Assembly (NCBI GenBank): GCA_963769935.1
Contig: CAVYNY010000032.1
Span: 215,621-279,620 of the forward strand
Source of the DNA: an uncultured delta proteobacterium
Lineage (GTDB): Bacteria > Desulfobacterota > Desulfobacteria > Desulfobacterales > JAFDCJ01
Length of the DNA stretch: 64,000 nt
Direction: 5' to 3'
In this document: in pieces, positions 42,135-53,131 of the stretch
Layout of the letters: the number at the start of each line of letters is the position of its first letter
How positions within the stretch are numbered: position 1 is the first letter of the stretch
Translations under genes and position numbers: made by a program
The notes under the pieces: model-generated
Databases searched by the model: none
Seen by the model: the letters and a program-made list of their open reading frames with translations, nothing else
What the model was told of the DNA's origin: nothing

Positions 42135-43529
42135 TCAAATTTTAAAGCTAGGCTCGGCAGGTTCTGTCGAACTTCCGACTGCAGTTGAGTTAAAGGAAAA
42201 TGTAGTTTGCTTACAGCCGGTGGCAAGATTGTCACTCAGCGGGCACAGACCGTAAAGATCCGCCACTGCATCGGAGCGACTGAAAATGCCGACGATTTTA
42301 CCGTCCTCCACTACGGGAAGACGCCCGATATCATGCTTGATCATCAAATAGGCCGCACGGCCCGGGCTATCTTCCGGATGGATCGTTATTATCTTCGTGC
42401 TCATGAATGCCCTGACCGGCGATTGCAATTGGATTTTTTTCTTTATTTTTGCAAAGTCCCTGCGGGAGAGCATGCCGACCAGCTTTTCGTTATGCAGGAC
42501 AGGGGCACCCTTGTAACCCTTTTCCCGTAGCGCTTTTCCGGCCCGATTCATAGTGGTGTCAGGTGTCAGGGTCAATACGGGAAAGGACATCAAATCCTTG
42601 ATTTGCACAGATGTTTGATGGCTTTCACCGATCATCACCCGGATCCAGGCCTCTACAGCGATGGGGTCCGCGGATTTCAACATGGCCGAGCCGGCCCCGG
42701 GGTGGCCGCCACCTCCCATGTGCCGCATAATAACCCCCACGTCGATGCCCTTTGCCACACTGCGACCGATCACCAGGCAGCGGTTTGGATTCAACTCAAA
42801 GACGCCGAAGGCGGCATCCACATTCAATATTTGCCGGTACATCTGGACGACGACGGCAAGATTGCCGACATATCCATTTACCTCTAGCCGATTGATGCTG
42901 ACGCTAAATCCATCGACGATGGTTCTGGGCGCGTTACAGAGCATGCGGAATAACACGTCTTTTTGTTTGCGGTCGTAGGCAGGACTCAGAAATGCACCGA
43001 TGATATGAAGATCGGCTCCGTTTTCCATCAGGTAAGCGGCGGCATGGGCGTCCTCCGCCTTTGTGGATAGAAAGGTGAGATTGCCCGTATCTTCATAAAG
43101 GCCGGCCAGAAAAAGACTGGCCTGAACAGGGGTTATGGGTATTTCCCGCTCCTTTAAGTATCGTATCATCAGGGTAATATTGGCGCCCATCGCTTCCTGG
43201 CAGCGCCACGAGGCATTAATATCTCCCTGATTGGCGTGATGATCGAACAGGGAAATCTCTAGATGCGGGTTTTGCTTTAAACGGTCAAGTCCATCCAGGC
43301 GGTCCCAGCGGTTGATATCGACGACAGTCAGTTTGTCCACCTTATCCGGATCGATCTCCTCCGATCTGCAATAGCCGAAGAGGTCTTTGTGAAGTGACAG
43401 AAACGCCCGAACATTCGGGTTGAGGCTTGCCGGCAAAACACTCACAATGCCGGGATACAGCAGATTTGCCGCAACAATGGATGCCAATGCATCGAAATCG
43501 GTGCCTTTATGGGTAGTTACAATATGCAC
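42135..43529 (-). CDS. DHH/DHHA1 phosphoesterase with tandem CBS domains
   Basis: H..TDFDALAS, LFDHH, EDTG, GGGGHPGA, two CBS repeats; no nucleotidyltransferase domain. Confidence 0.88.
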   Translation of the reverse strand: MHIVTTHKGTDFDALASIVAANLLYPGIVSVLPASLNPNVRAFLSLHKDLFGYCRSEEIDPDKVDKLTVVDINRWDRLDGLDRLKQNPHLEISLFDHHANQGDINASWRCQEAMGANITLMIRYLKEREIPITPVQASLFLAGLYEDTGNLTFLSTKAEDAHAAAYLMENGADLHIIGAFLSPAYDRKQKDVLFRMLCNAPRTIVDGFSVSINRLEVNGYVGNLAVVVQMYRQILNVDAAFGVFELNPNRCLVIGRSVAKGIDVGVIMRHMGGGGHPGAGSAMLKSADPIAVEAWIRVMIGESHQTSVQIKDLMSFPVLTLTPDTTMNRAGKALREKGYKGAPVLHNEKLVGMLSRRDFAKIKKKIQLQSPVRAFMSTKIITIHPEDSPGRAAYLMIKHDIGRLPVVEDGKIVGIFSRSDAVADLYGLCPLSDNLATGCKQTTFSFNSTAVGSSTEPAEPSFKI

Positions 43530-43596
43530 AGCTGACTATTTTTGCATTTCATGCTCTTTTTGGTTCAAGTTTGTCAATTACGATACCGACGTCATA

Positions 43597-43690
43597 TAAT
43601 CCTTTCATGATTTCCTTTTAATCATTATCTGAATTTATATATACGGTGCTCAAGCACATAACTTCCTCCCGCTGCATATTTTAGTTTATT
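43597..43690 (-). pseudogene. CooT-family 5' fragment
   Basis: MCLSTVYINSDND*KEIMK; matches 56380-56470. Confidence 0.75.
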
Positions 43691-43704
43691 TGTAAAAAAC
43701 ACAG

Positions 43705-44064
43705 TTACCACGGACGTATCAATTTCTTCCCGCCTATAAGCTCTCCTCTTATTTTTTGCATGTGACGCAGGGTGGCGAGGTTCCTTTCAAGATCTGTATA
43801 TTTTATTTGTAACATTGCGCATAAATTCGCCGGTTCCTGAGGCCCATCGTTTTGTAGAATCTCAACTATTTTTTGCTGAACAGAGGTCAGCTCGAGATCT
43901 GCGGCTGACCCCTTCACAGATATCATGGCGCTATGAACTGCCCACGGGTCACATGCCTTCAGCGGAGAAAGAAGATCCAGGAAGCAATCTTCGCAAAGGA
44001 TCTGTCCATGAAGCAACCTGTGTTCTCCCTCGGGCACAATCGTCTTACAACGCTCGCATTTCAT
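43705..44064 (-). CDS. Hypothetical protein with Zn finger and C-terminal wHTH-like region
   Basis: MKCERC..LCEDC..CDPWAV. Confidence 0.75.
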   Translation of the reverse strand: MKCERCKTIVPEGEHRLLHGQILCEDCFLDLLSPLKACDPWAVHSAMISVKGSAADLELTSVQQKIVEILQNDGPQEPANLCAMLQIKYTDLERNLATLRHMQKIRGELIGGKKLIRPW

Positions 44065-44119
44065 AGTTTTTTCCCTCATACATCTTTCCCATACCCCCCC
44101 TGAAGGATCACTTGATCTG

Positions 44120-44308
44120 TCAGGTTGGGCACGATGCTTTACCCATATTCGATTTATCCGCTCCTTTGGCTATCCAGCACAAAAGCTTCTTCAGCAATCC
44201 TGGTTTCTCAGGCTTTTCTGGAGAGAATGATTTTTTAGATTGTGTCACTGAGGTAATTTTCAAACAACTAAATTGATACGAAAAATCAAGCATATTTAAC
44301 ATTTGCAT
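44120..44308 (-). CDS. Small hypothetical protein
   Basis: In the operon between flavodoxin and the 43705 gene; start uncertain. Confidence 0.4.
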   Translation of the reverse strand: MQMLNMLDFSYQFSCLKITSVTQSKKSFSPEKPEKPGLLKKLLCWIAKGADKSNMGKASCPT

Positions 44309-44322
44309 TATCTTACTTTAAG

Positions 44323-44821
44323 CTATGCCAAATAATTTTTGGTCAACAACAATTCGGTTATCTGATTTTTCAACACTTCTATATCCGCCTCATCCGGATG
44401 GCCGACGGCATTGGGGGCATCGGCAAGCCAGATTGGAGGATCGGGTTTGCTTTTTACTTTTTCCAGGACTTTTGGATTTACCTCACCCTGACAACTGTAT
44501 GTCCCGATAATTTCTGCGTCGGAAGCCAGGGAGCCGGCATATTCCATGGCGTTTCGGGCGTGATCCGAGCCGGCTGCCGCACCATGCGTGGCAAAAAGAA
44601 ACAGCGGTTTTTTACCGATTTTGGCGAGGTATTCAGCGGACTTGGGATCCGGTTTGCCGCCCTGCAGCCAGAAGCCCAGTGCAATAAAGTCATAACCCGC
44701 CGGATCGGGCGCTTCGCTTACTGCGTATATATCTTTCGGGCCCGTTAGAGATTCAAGCACTGCCTGTGCCAGCTTTTTGGTGTTGCCGCTTTGGCTAAGA
44801 AAAAACGATCAGCGATTTCAT
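44323..44821 (-). pseudogene. Flavodoxin-family protein with a frameshift near the start (pseudogene or sequencing error)
   Basis: MKSLIVFS then shift to SQSGNTKKLA; LGFW, LFATHGA, GHPD; the relic copy at 39.9 kb reads MKSLIVYSSQSGN in frame. Confidence 0.82.
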
Positions 44822-44822
44822 G

Positions 44823-46223
44823 TCATATGCTCCTTTGAATGAGTGTATTCGATCGTAATTGGCCTGCATTAGGGATTGAGCCTGGTGTGGCTTCCCGTTT
44901 ACGGTTGGCCTCCCGTGCGGCAAATACATAGGTATTGTCCGAGGGCTTGGCGGCCAGTTCGGGATGCGTGGCATATTGAAAGCCTAACAGGTCTTCCAGT
45001 GTTGCTCCCATTTGGATGGCCAAGGAGATGAAATCAACATGTTGCGCCGCGTTGTGTCCTCTGCGCATCACACTGCCGCCGATCAACGAACCCGAATCAC
45101 GCGCAAAAATAAGTTTTGTGCGGATTGGTGTCACACCGTCCATCATGGGATATTTATCCAGCACTTCGGAATACCCGGATACCACGTTTAGCCCCGCATC
45201 CACGGCCATTTTTTCCGTCAGACCGGAAGATCCGATACTCCAATCATAGACCGCGGTGGCGTTGGCATTGATGATGCCGGGGAAGACCTTATTGCGGCCT
45301 AAAATATTCTGAGCAACTACCTTGGCCATAAACACGGCATTGGTGCCGAATTCCCCCCGGGTTGGTTTTTGGGTGATAAACGACTTTTTCTCGGCACAGT
45401 CGCCGGCCGCATAAACACCGTCCGCGCTTGTGCGCATGTGCGCATCCGTCACAATACCCAGAGCCGATGTTTGGATGCCGGCCCCGGCGGCCAACTCGAT
45501 ATTCGGCACAACCCCCACGGACAACACAACAAAATCGGCCGTCAATGTTTCTCCTCCTGCGAGAATAACACTGAGCCCATCCCCATTGCGGCTTTGAAAT
45601 TCAGCGACTCTTCGATTATTGAGGAAATGAATCCCCTTTCCGCTGAGTGTTTTTTCAATATCCGTGATGAATTCCGGCTCAGTAGTGGCCATCAGTATTT
45701 GCGGCAGCATTTCGACCACATAAACGTCTAGTCCCATCTGCCGGAGTACCACGGCAACTTCAATGCCAATATATCCTCCGCCCACGATGACGGCTTTCTT
45801 TCCTTTGGCGGCAAAGCGGCGCAAGGTATCAAGATCTGTCAACGAGCGCACCGGCGTGATCCCGGTAAGCTCCACCCCCGGTATCGGCGGTACCAGCGGC
45901 CGGGATCCGGTGGCCAATACCAGATGCCGGTAGCCATAACTTTGACCGTTTTGGGTATGGACTTGCTTATGTTTGGTGTCGATTTTTACAACACGATCGA
46001 CGACCATTTCGGCACCAAAGTCCGTCACCAATTTATTGGGAATCTGGAATTTTTCAATCGGTTTGTCCAGCGGTATGCCATAGGGCACCGCACACCGGTT
46101 GACATTGATTTGCTCGTCCTTTATCAGGGTAGCCGACATGGCGCTGTTTTGACTGTGAAGGGTGTGAACGATAACGCGTCCGGCCGGCCCGCCGCCGATG
46201 ATGACCACATCTCTCTGTTGCAT
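44823..46223 (-). CDS. FAD-dependent pyridine nucleotide-disulfide oxidoreductase (CoA-disulfide reductase/NADH oxidase-like)
   Basis: IGGGPAG, RCAVPY, LATGS, GGGYIGIE, YAAGDCA. Confidence 0.9.
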   Translation of the reverse strand: MQQRDVVIIGGGPAGRVIVHTLHSQNSAMSATLIKDEQINVNRCAVPYGIPLDKPIEKFQIPNKLVTDFGAEMVVDRVVKIDTKHKQVHTQNGQSYGYRHLVLATGSRPLVPPIPGVELTGITPVRSLTDLDTLRRFAAKGKKAVIVGGGYIGIEVAVVLRQMGLDVYVVEMLPQILMATTEPEFITDIEKTLSGKGIHFLNNRRVAEFQSRNGDGLSVILAGGETLTADFVVLSVGVVPNIELAAGAGIQTSALGIVTDAHMRTSADGVYAAGDCAEKKSFITQKPTRGEFGTNAVFMAKVVAQNILGRNKVFPGIINANATAVYDWSIGSSGLTEKMAVDAGLNVVSGYSEVLDKYPMMDGVTPIRTKLIFARDSGSLIGGSVMRRGHNAAQHVDFISLAIQMGATLEDLLGFQYATHPELAAKPSDNTYVFAAREANRKREATPGSIPNAGQLRSNTLIQRSI

Positions 46224-46252
46224 AAATTCCGTCCCTTTCCGGTGTGGCATTG

Positions 46253-46588
46253 TTACGGAGAAACTGAAGTGATTTTCAGCGCTTTGATTAATGAGTCTGC
46301 TCTTTGAAGCCCGATAAAGCGCTTCCTTTCCTGACCTTCTTTAAAGATAACCAGCGTGGGAATACTGTGTATGTTCAGCCGATACGCCGCTTCACGGTTC
46401 TCTTCAGTATTCAGGGAAGTAATCAGCGCCTTACCCTGCAATTCATCGGCCATCTTTTCCAGAATGGGGTGCTGGGCCCGGCAGGGCATACACCAGGGAG
46501 CCCAGCAATCCACCAGTACCGGTATATCAGACTCAAGAACCACATTTTTAAAATTGGTTGCATTTACTTCCTGAATATTTTCAGACAT
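46253..46588 (-). CDS. Thioredoxin (WCMPC)
   Basis: VLVDCWAPWCMPC, SIPTL. Confidence 0.9.
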   Translation of the reverse strand: MSENIQEVNATNFKNVVLESDIPVLVDCWAPWCMPCRAQHPILEKMADELQGKALITSLNTEENREAAYRLNIHSIPTLVIFKEGQERKRFIGLQRADSLIKALKITSVSP

Positions 46589-46683
46589 GATGTTCCATTC
46601 CTCCAATTATTTCACTCAATAACATACAGCGGCGTTTCCGCCGCTGCCTGTCGTTATCGGTGGTTGGCCAGGGCCGTATATCT

Positions 46684-47001
46684 TCAGCCACCGAAATTGC
46701 CGGCGCCCAGCCCTCGCATAGCCTCGTCGGTCTTGACGCGCAAGGTTGCCAGATGTTTATCGAATTCTTCCCTTTCGGTTCTAATATCGTCGATGCCGGT
46801 TTCGGGGGTGCAATTGTCCCGGATATATTCGATCCGGTCATCCATTTCCGAGATCAACATATGCAAGTCCTCGATATTGGGAAGAACCCGGTCTTTTTCG
46901 CCGCCGGGCAGCTCTTCCATCTTGCGCACGATATCATAAACATTGGCTTTCCAGGCCGTTAACTCCGCCTGCATGGTTTTACAACAATTTCGTGCCTTCA
47001 T
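46684..47001 (-). CDS. Hypothetical alpha-helical protein
   Basis: CAT at 46999-47001 and TCA at 46684-46686 place MKARNCC... on the minus strand; GGAG RBS. Confidence 0.8.
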   Translation of the reverse strand: MKARNCCKTMQAELTAWKANVYDIVRKMEELPGGEKDRVLPNIEDLHMLISEMDDRIEYIRDNCTPETGIDDIRTEREEFDKHLATLRVKTDEAMRGLGAGNFGG

Positions 47002-47116
47002 AACACTCTCCTTTCTATTTGATTGGTTGGCTCTTTGTCTGTTGGGGAGCCGGTTTGATCAATAAATGGCTTGCGGCTTCATCAACAATCCCTCATTTTC
47101 AGCTGAACTTTATAAA

Positions 47117-47133
47117 TTCAATATGCGTGCCAA
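47117..47133 (-). promoter_or_regulatory. Imperfect sigma54 promoter
   Basis: TTGGCACGCATATTGAA (-12 reads GA), upstream of the 47001 operon. Confidence 0.5.
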
Positions 47134-47558
47134 TAGCCCGATTTGTTTTGCAAGAAAGCATGGATTTATCTAACCAATTAAAATTAATAGGAAAGACAAT
47201 TTTAAAGGAGCTTGAAAGCCCATTTGTACGGTTATCTGGTGATTCCGGCAAACTCGCATGGAAGCGTTACTTTATGAAAAAGTAACGTTAAAACATGTTG
47301 GTAACTTATAAATTCAGTTATGGACCGGCGTCATTGACGGCTTTATCGCCGATGTTTTACAGGCATTCAAGTTTTAACCGGTCATTACGGTTGAGGAAGG
47401 TCAAAAACCGCTTGCAACACTTCTCCTAATTAAGCAACGTTTTATGACGCCCGTAATACTATTTCCTGGGTTGACATGCCAACGCGCCATGGGTACTATT
47501 CCAGGTAACACCCGGTAACGTTGGATGACCGTCAAACCGAAACCAAACGGGGCTTGCC

Positions 47559-48974
47559 GTGTACTCAAAAACCCATGAAATTTGGAACATTCATTTTATT
47601 GAACAGATTATCGACACTATGGCCGACGGCGTTTTCACCCTCGACAATATCGGTCGCGTTACCTCCTGGAATCGTTCGATGGAACGTATCAGCGGATATA
47701 CGGCTGAGGAGGCCATGGGCAATTTGTGCCAGATTCTAAAATGCAGTCGGTGTTTCGGGAAAAAATGTCCATCGGGCATTCGCAGCTGTAAGATTATCAA
47801 AGAGGGGAAATCCGAGGCCCATGAATGTTTAATAATGCATAAAGCCGGGCATAATGTGCCGGTTATTAAAAACGCCAGAGTGGTGCGAGACGATCATCAA
47901 AAGATTATCGGTGTTGTTGAAACCGTCACCGATCTCAGTGAAATATCTTTGGCCCGCCAGGAAGCCGAGCAGGCCCTGATCCGGTTGGGCGAAAAGCACC
48001 GGCTGGAAAACCTGATCGGCAAAAGCCACGAAATGCAGAAGGTGTTTGCGGCTATTAATGCTGCCGCCGCAAGCGAGGCAACGATATTAATCATGGGTGA
48101 GAGCGGGACCGGCAAGGAATTGGTTGCCGGAGCGATCCATCAGCGCAGCGCGCGCAAATCCTACCCCCTGATAGCGGTCAATTGTTCGGCCCTGACCGAA
48201 TCGCTGCTGGAAAGCGAACTCTTCGGACATGTCAAAGGCGCCTTCACCGGGGCAGTCCAAAACCGCAGCGGGAGATTTGAGGAAGCCGACGGCGGCACCG
48301 TATTCCTCGATGAAATCGGCGAGATCAGCCCGTTTATTCAGGTAAAGCTGCTGCGGGTTCTGCAAGAGCGCGAAATCGAGCGCGTGGGTGATTCAAAAAC
48401 CCGCAAAGTAAATATTCGCATTATTGCGGCTACCAATCGGGATCTTTATAATCGCGTTCAGGAGGGACATTTTCGAGATGATTTGTATTACCGGCTGAAA
48501 GTTTTTCCTATTGTTCTGCCGCCGCTTAGAAAACGTAAAGAAGACATTCCGCTTTTGACACGGCATTTCATTGATCAGCAAGTCCATAAAACCGGCAAAG
48601 ACATTAAGGGGATCTCCCAGCACGCCATGCGTATTTTTCTGGACCACTCCTGGCCCGGAAATGTTCGCGAGCTTGAAAATGCCATTGAGCATGCCTTCGT
48701 TTTATGCAACCGGGAGCAGATCGAGATTTTTGATCTGCCGCTTGAACTTCGACAGCCGGCAGACGAATGCTGGCCGGAAGGCATAGCCGGGGCGGCTGCA
48801 AAGAAAGTTAGAATCAGCAAAAATTTGTCAAAGAAAGAGCTGATGGAACTGCTTGAAAAAAGTGATTGGAACAAAGCGGAGGCTGCCCGGCGGCTCGGTG
48901 TCAGCCGCACGGCGGTATGGAAGTATATGAAAAAGTGGAATATCCCCCTGAAAAATTCCGTGGAGAAACCATGA
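47559..48974 (+). CDS. Sigma54-dependent activator with Cys-rich PAS domain (OrpR-like)
   Basis: PAS with [37 protein letters not shown], Fis-type HTH. Confidence 0.93.
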   Translation: MYSKTHEIWNIHFIEQIIDTMADGVFTLDNIGRVTSWNRSMERISGYTAEEAMGNLCQILKCSRCFGKKCPSGIRSCKIIKEGKSEAHECLIMHKAGHNVPVIKNARVVRDDHQKIIGVVETVTDLSEISLARQEAEQALIRLGEKHRLENLIGKSHEMQKVFAAINAAAASEATILIMGESGTGKELVAGAIHQRSARKSYPLIAVNCSALTESLLESELFGHVKGAFTGAVQNRSGRFEEADGGTVFLDEIGEISPFIQVKLLRVLQEREIERVGDSKTRKVNIRIIAATNRDLYNRVQEGHFRDDLYYRLKVFPIVLPPLRKRKEDIPLLTRHFIDQQVHKTGKDIKGISQHAMRIFLDHSWPGNVRELENAIEHAFVLCNREQIEIFDLPLELRQPADECWPEGIAGAAAKKVRISKNLSKKELMELLEKSDWNKAEAARRLGVSRTAVWKYMKKWNIPLKNSVEKP

Positions 48975-49038
48975 ATATCCGGTCACAGGCGTTTACCCCT
49001 AATTCAGGCAGCAGACCGCTGCCATAGCTTTAGCCGGC

Positions 49039-49233
49039 TCAGGAAAAACCCGATTTAGAACCCGATGCGCATGTAGCCAACGTTGAATCGCTAAAAAAGC
49101 TTGTGCAGCTGATGAGTTTACGTACCTCGGTTCTACCACACTCGGGGCAGTTGACCTTCTTTTCATCACCGGCAAAGACCAGTTGTTCAAAACATTGTCC
49201 GCAGCATTCGCATTCATATTCGTAGATAGGCAT
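49039..49233 (-). CDS. FmdB-family zinc-ribbon protein
   Basis: MPIYEYECECCG..FE..CPECG..KLIS. Confidence 0.92.
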   Translation of the reverse strand: MPIYEYECECCGQCFEQLVFAGDEKKVNCPECGRTEVRKLISCTSFFSDSTLATCASGSKSGFS

Positions 49234-49311
49234 CACGCTCTCCTGAATTATTTTTTTTTATGTTTACAGCCAAATTCTTCTAATACCGTCCAAATGAATC
49301 GGGTCGACTGT

Positions 49312-49417
49312 CAGACAATAAATCGACCCTGCAGGCCGATTCCCCCAGGGCCGATTTACCGCTAGTAGGGGTGATAAATGCAAATGGAGGTAAATGCCAA
49401 ATTATAACCCCGGTGTA
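49312..49417 (-). ncRNA. Candidate sigma54-dependent small RNA, copy 1
   Basis: Conserved with 56036-56138; two hairpins; begins just downstream of the GG-N10-GC promoter. Confidence 0.5.
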
Positions 49418-49427
49418 AAGGTATAAA

Positions 49428-49444
49428 AGCAAATTTAATGCCAA
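49428..49444 (-). promoter_or_regulatory. Sigma54 promoter
   Basis: TTGGCATTAAATTTGCT (GG-N10-GC). Confidence 0.75.
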
Positions 49445-49675
49445 AGTTTAGGAGTTGATTTTTTTCTGCGACGTAACACCGAATTTTTTCATCCGGTTTC
49501 AGACCGTGACCCGCGAAATCCCCACCAGCAGTTTCCAGCGAAATTTCATCTATCGTACCCCTGTGCGTGACGAACTGGTAAATTAAGTCAGTCGTATCGT
49601 TTTGTCCATTGGTAAGAGAAATGCCATTGTGGTATCGCCTATTAGAACCATCAATCAGCCTGCAATAGGCCGGAT

Positions 49676-50350
49676 TTAATCCTCCGCGACACCACCTATG
49701 TTTTCGAGCAGGGCAAAGGTGCCGAGGTTCGGGTATAATTGGCCTCGATACGCCATCGAAATCCAGCCTTTCTCTTCAGACACAACAATAATCAGGGCAT
49801 CACTTACCTGGCTAAGTCCAAGAGCTGCCCGGTGGCGGCTTCCAAGACCGAGGGCTTCCAATTCCTGATTATGCGGGGCTAAGGGAAGTAGGACATTTAC
49901 TTTGTGGATTTTTGAATTCCGGATAATCATGGCCCCATCATGAAGCGGGCTTCCCGGATAAAAGATATTCTTTAAAATCGCCGCGCTGACAGGCGCATCG
50001 ATAATAACTCCCCCTTGAAGATGGTCATCCAGGTTGTCTTCATGCTCTATTGCGATGATTACACCGTGACGTTTTTCGCTCAGACTTGAAAGTGCAAGGA
50101 CAACCTCCGCCGGAACTCTTAATTTAGAAGAGATACAGCATTTAAGGTGGGTCTGTAAGAGGTCCTGTTCTTGTTGATTGAGTTCCACCCGTATTTCGTA
50201 CAATTTCTGTAAAAGATCGCTCAGATGAGAACACCGCTTCAGGCAGAGGATACAATCGTGGAGCTGAGTAACCTTGGACTTTAGTTCTTCCAGTTGTTGC
50301 TTAATTGCATCTTCTTCACTGATTAAGTATTCATCATTTAGCCCGTTCAC
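49676..50350 (-). CDS. Soluble diadenylate cyclase (DAC/DisA_N domain, CdaS-like architecture)
   Basis: IFYPGSPLHDGA and LGSRHRAALGLS catalytic motifs; helical N-terminus; no TM segments. Confidence 0.9.
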   Translation of the reverse strand: MNGLNDEYLISEEDAIKQQLEELKSKVTQLHDCILCLKRCSHLSDLLQKLYEIRVELNQQEQDLLQTHLKCCISSKLRVPAEVVLALSSLSEKRHGVIIAIEHEDNLDDHLQGGVIIDAPVSAAILKNIFYPGSPLHDGAMIIRNSKIHKVNVLLPLAPHNQELEALGLGSRHRAALGLSQVSDALIIVVSEEKGWISMAYRGQLYPNLGTFALLENIGGVAED

Positions 50351-50586
50351 TTTTATACTCCCGTCCTGTCAACGTCTTCTCGCCTGCCACATATCACGCC
50401 AAAAGATCCTTCAACAAAGCAAACAGTCGCGATCATTTTTCATACCCCGCATTCCTTGGCACGGACCGAAGTCATTTAGTGTCAGCCTATCAAATAATTT
50501 CGAGAAAAGCCTCAACGCCGTTTTTCCGCGTTAGATGGGCTCTTGAAACCACAGCTAAGAAGTTGTAAAAATTCCAATACGCCTAA

Positions 50587-51243
50587 TTAGCTCCCGATGA
50601 GTATCTTGGCTTGCGCCAACAGCAGTGATTTTAAACGGTCCAGCGTCACCGGATAACCCTGTATGGGAATCCCCATCCAGTCGGAGTATTCTAAAAATGC
50701 TTCCGGCTGCTCAGCCATGTATTGATCCACATAACCGATGGCGTCCAGCACCATCGCCCCACCCGTATGCCGGGGAAAATTTTCGTTGGCCAGGCCTTTG
50801 TCCCAGCCTTTGAAGACATTGTGACGAAATTTGATCCAGCCCGGTGTCATCCACCAGACCTTATCCCCACCGGCTATTTCTTTGGCGATCAATTCGCGCT
50901 CGGCTTCGCCGGCGATCATGTCCATGCAATGCGTCGCCTTAATTCTTGCAACACCGGGACCCTGTTCTTCAATGATTTTTTGCATGGTGCGGGTGGGGTC
51001 TTCGGCGTTGACATAACAGAACTTGCCGCCATACACGACGAGTACCTTGGCTGCCTTTTCTTTGGCCTTTTTAATTCGCTGTATCAGCTGAGTTTCAAGC
51101 TCATGAATGTCTTCATGCAGTCCCGGCGTCGTAAAAAATAGATGGGAGGTATCCAGAAACCCTTCCTTTTTTAGATAATTGAGCTCAAGGCTCAACGTCC
51201 CGCAGGATACAATGGCGATGTCCGCAAACGATACATTATTCAC
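50587..51243 (-). CDS. DUF1638-domain protein
   Basis: IVSCG..PGLHE..VYGGKFC..HCMDM..MTPGW; GTG start after GGAGG. Confidence 0.8.
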   Translation of the reverse strand: MNNVSFADIAIVSCGTLSLELNYLKKEGFLDTSHLFFTTPGLHEDIHELETQLIQRIKKAKEKAAKVLVVYGGKFCYVNAEDPTRTMQKIIEEQGPGVARIKATHCMDMIAGEAERELIAKEIAGGDKVWWMTPGWIKFRHNVFKGWDKGLANENFPRHTGGAMVLDAIGYVDQYMAEQPEAFLEYSDWMGIPIQGYPVTLDRLKSLLLAQAKILIGS

Positions 51244-51295
51244 TTTAATACCTCCTAATCCGGCATAGCCGGAATTGAAAATTGAAGATTGCAAA

Positions 51296-51658
<363 letters not shown>

Positions 51659-51887
51659 TTTTCCCCCTGAATAGTGGATGCCGGAATAATGCCATTCACC
51701 AGCGGTTTGTAGATCGGATATTCAGCTTTTTCCTCCGATAATTGATCGATCTGATTATTTAGTGAAGTTCTTCCTTTTTAATTTTGCTCAGCCTTCTGGA
51801 GCAAATAGATAAAATCTTTCGCCAAACGTCAGTCAGCACTATTGATTATTTACCTTAATCGGTGTCCAAAGAAATCAGCAATTCGGG

Positions 51888-52343
51888 TCATCCGTGAGCG
51901 AGGCCCGGTAAAAGCGACGGTGGCACGATTAATACTGGACAAGGAGCCCACAAAATAGTTTCAGCTGCGATTGAACCTAAATGACCTGGATTGACACCTT
52001 CTCCCACCGCAAGGGGTGCAGCGGTCGAAGTCCCCATGACCAGCGCGTCGATTCCGGCGTTGCGAGCCAGCTTTGACATCTCGCCGACCACATCCCCGTC
52101 GGACACATTGATCGCGTAGTTTGTAAAGCCGCGTTTTATCATTTTATTAACATATATTTCCTTTAACTTGGCCTCGGCCTGGTTTATGGCTTCAAGGACT
52201 TTTTCTTCGCTTAAATTCAGGCGACCCAGTCCGTGGTAGATCCATAGCTTGGCATCATTTTCTTTGGCCAAGTTAAGGGCGTAGTTAAAAATATGATCAC
52301 AGTATTCCGTCATACATGTGCCAAACAAAATTTTTTTAATCAT
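51888..52343 (-). CDS. Universal stress protein family
   Basis: MIKKILFGT..DALVMG..LGSIAA..APCPVLIV. Confidence 0.88.
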   Translation of the reverse strand: MIKKILFGTCMTEYCDHIFNYALNLAKENDAKLWIYHGLGRLNLSEEKVLEAINQAEAKLKEIYVNKMIKRGFTNYAINVSDGDVVGEMSKLARNAGIDALVMGTSTAAPLAVGEGVNPGHLGSIAAETILWAPCPVLIVPPSLLPGLAHG

Positions 52344-52447
52344 TGTCTCTTCCTCCCTTTTTAAGGTTGAAGATTCTTTTTCGATGCCGGATTGTGGTTC
52401 ACCGTCAAGCCCACCCTTGATATTCATAATCCTTTATTTAAATAAGC

Positions 52448-52464
52448 TGCATGATTGATGCCAT
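52448..52464 (-). promoter_or_regulatory. Sigma54 promoter
   Basis: ATGGCATCAATCATGCA (GG-N10-GC), upstream of the USP-trx-DUF1638 genes. Confidence 0.65.
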
Positions 52465-52635
52465 GGCCACAAACATGTTTGATTAAAGACCGGTTTGACC
52501 AATAAATGCCTGTAAATTTATCTAAAAATAAACTGATTCTTACTATAGCGAAGTGGACGAATAGTCTGAAAACATACTGAAGTTAATATGAGGTAACGTT
52601 AGTTATTGCGTCGAGTAACGTATGGTAACGCTGAT

Positions 52636-53013
52636 TAAATTTTAAGGCTGAGCTCGGAAGGTTTTGTCGGACTTCCCACTGCAGTTGAATTAAAGGAAAA
52701 TATAGATTGCTTACAGCCGGTGGCAAGATTGCCACTCAGCGGGCACAGACCGTAAAGATCCGCCACTGCATCGGAGCGGCTGAAAATGCCGACGATCCAG
52801 GCGGTCCCAACGGTTGATATCGACGACAGTCAGTTTGTCCATCTTATCCGGATCGATCTCCTCCGATCTGCAATAGCCGAAGAGGTCTTTGTGAAGTGAC
52901 AGAAACGCCCGAACATTCGGGTTGAGGCTTGCCGGCAAAACACTCACAATGCCGGGATACAGCAGATTTGCCGCAACAATGGATGCCAATGCATCGAAAT
53001 CGGTGCCTTTATG
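52636..53013 (-). pseudogene. Internally deleted copy of the DHH-CBS gene
   Basis: Matches 42135-42296 joined directly to 43293-43511. Confidence 0.92.
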
Positions 53014-53131
53014 GCTTTGAAACCTTACGGTTGGCAGAAGCTTGGGGGCTTTTCGGTTATTGTACCGGTGTCGGCTTATTTAGGACAAAAACCCTCTAAA
53101 AACAAATAAGAAGGGAAAGAAAGGAGGTTGG

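Noticed and set aside
46684..47001. Plus-strand placement of the MKARNCC ORF
   Set aside because: The start (CAT at 46999-47001) and stop (TCA at 46684-46686) show it is on the minus strand.
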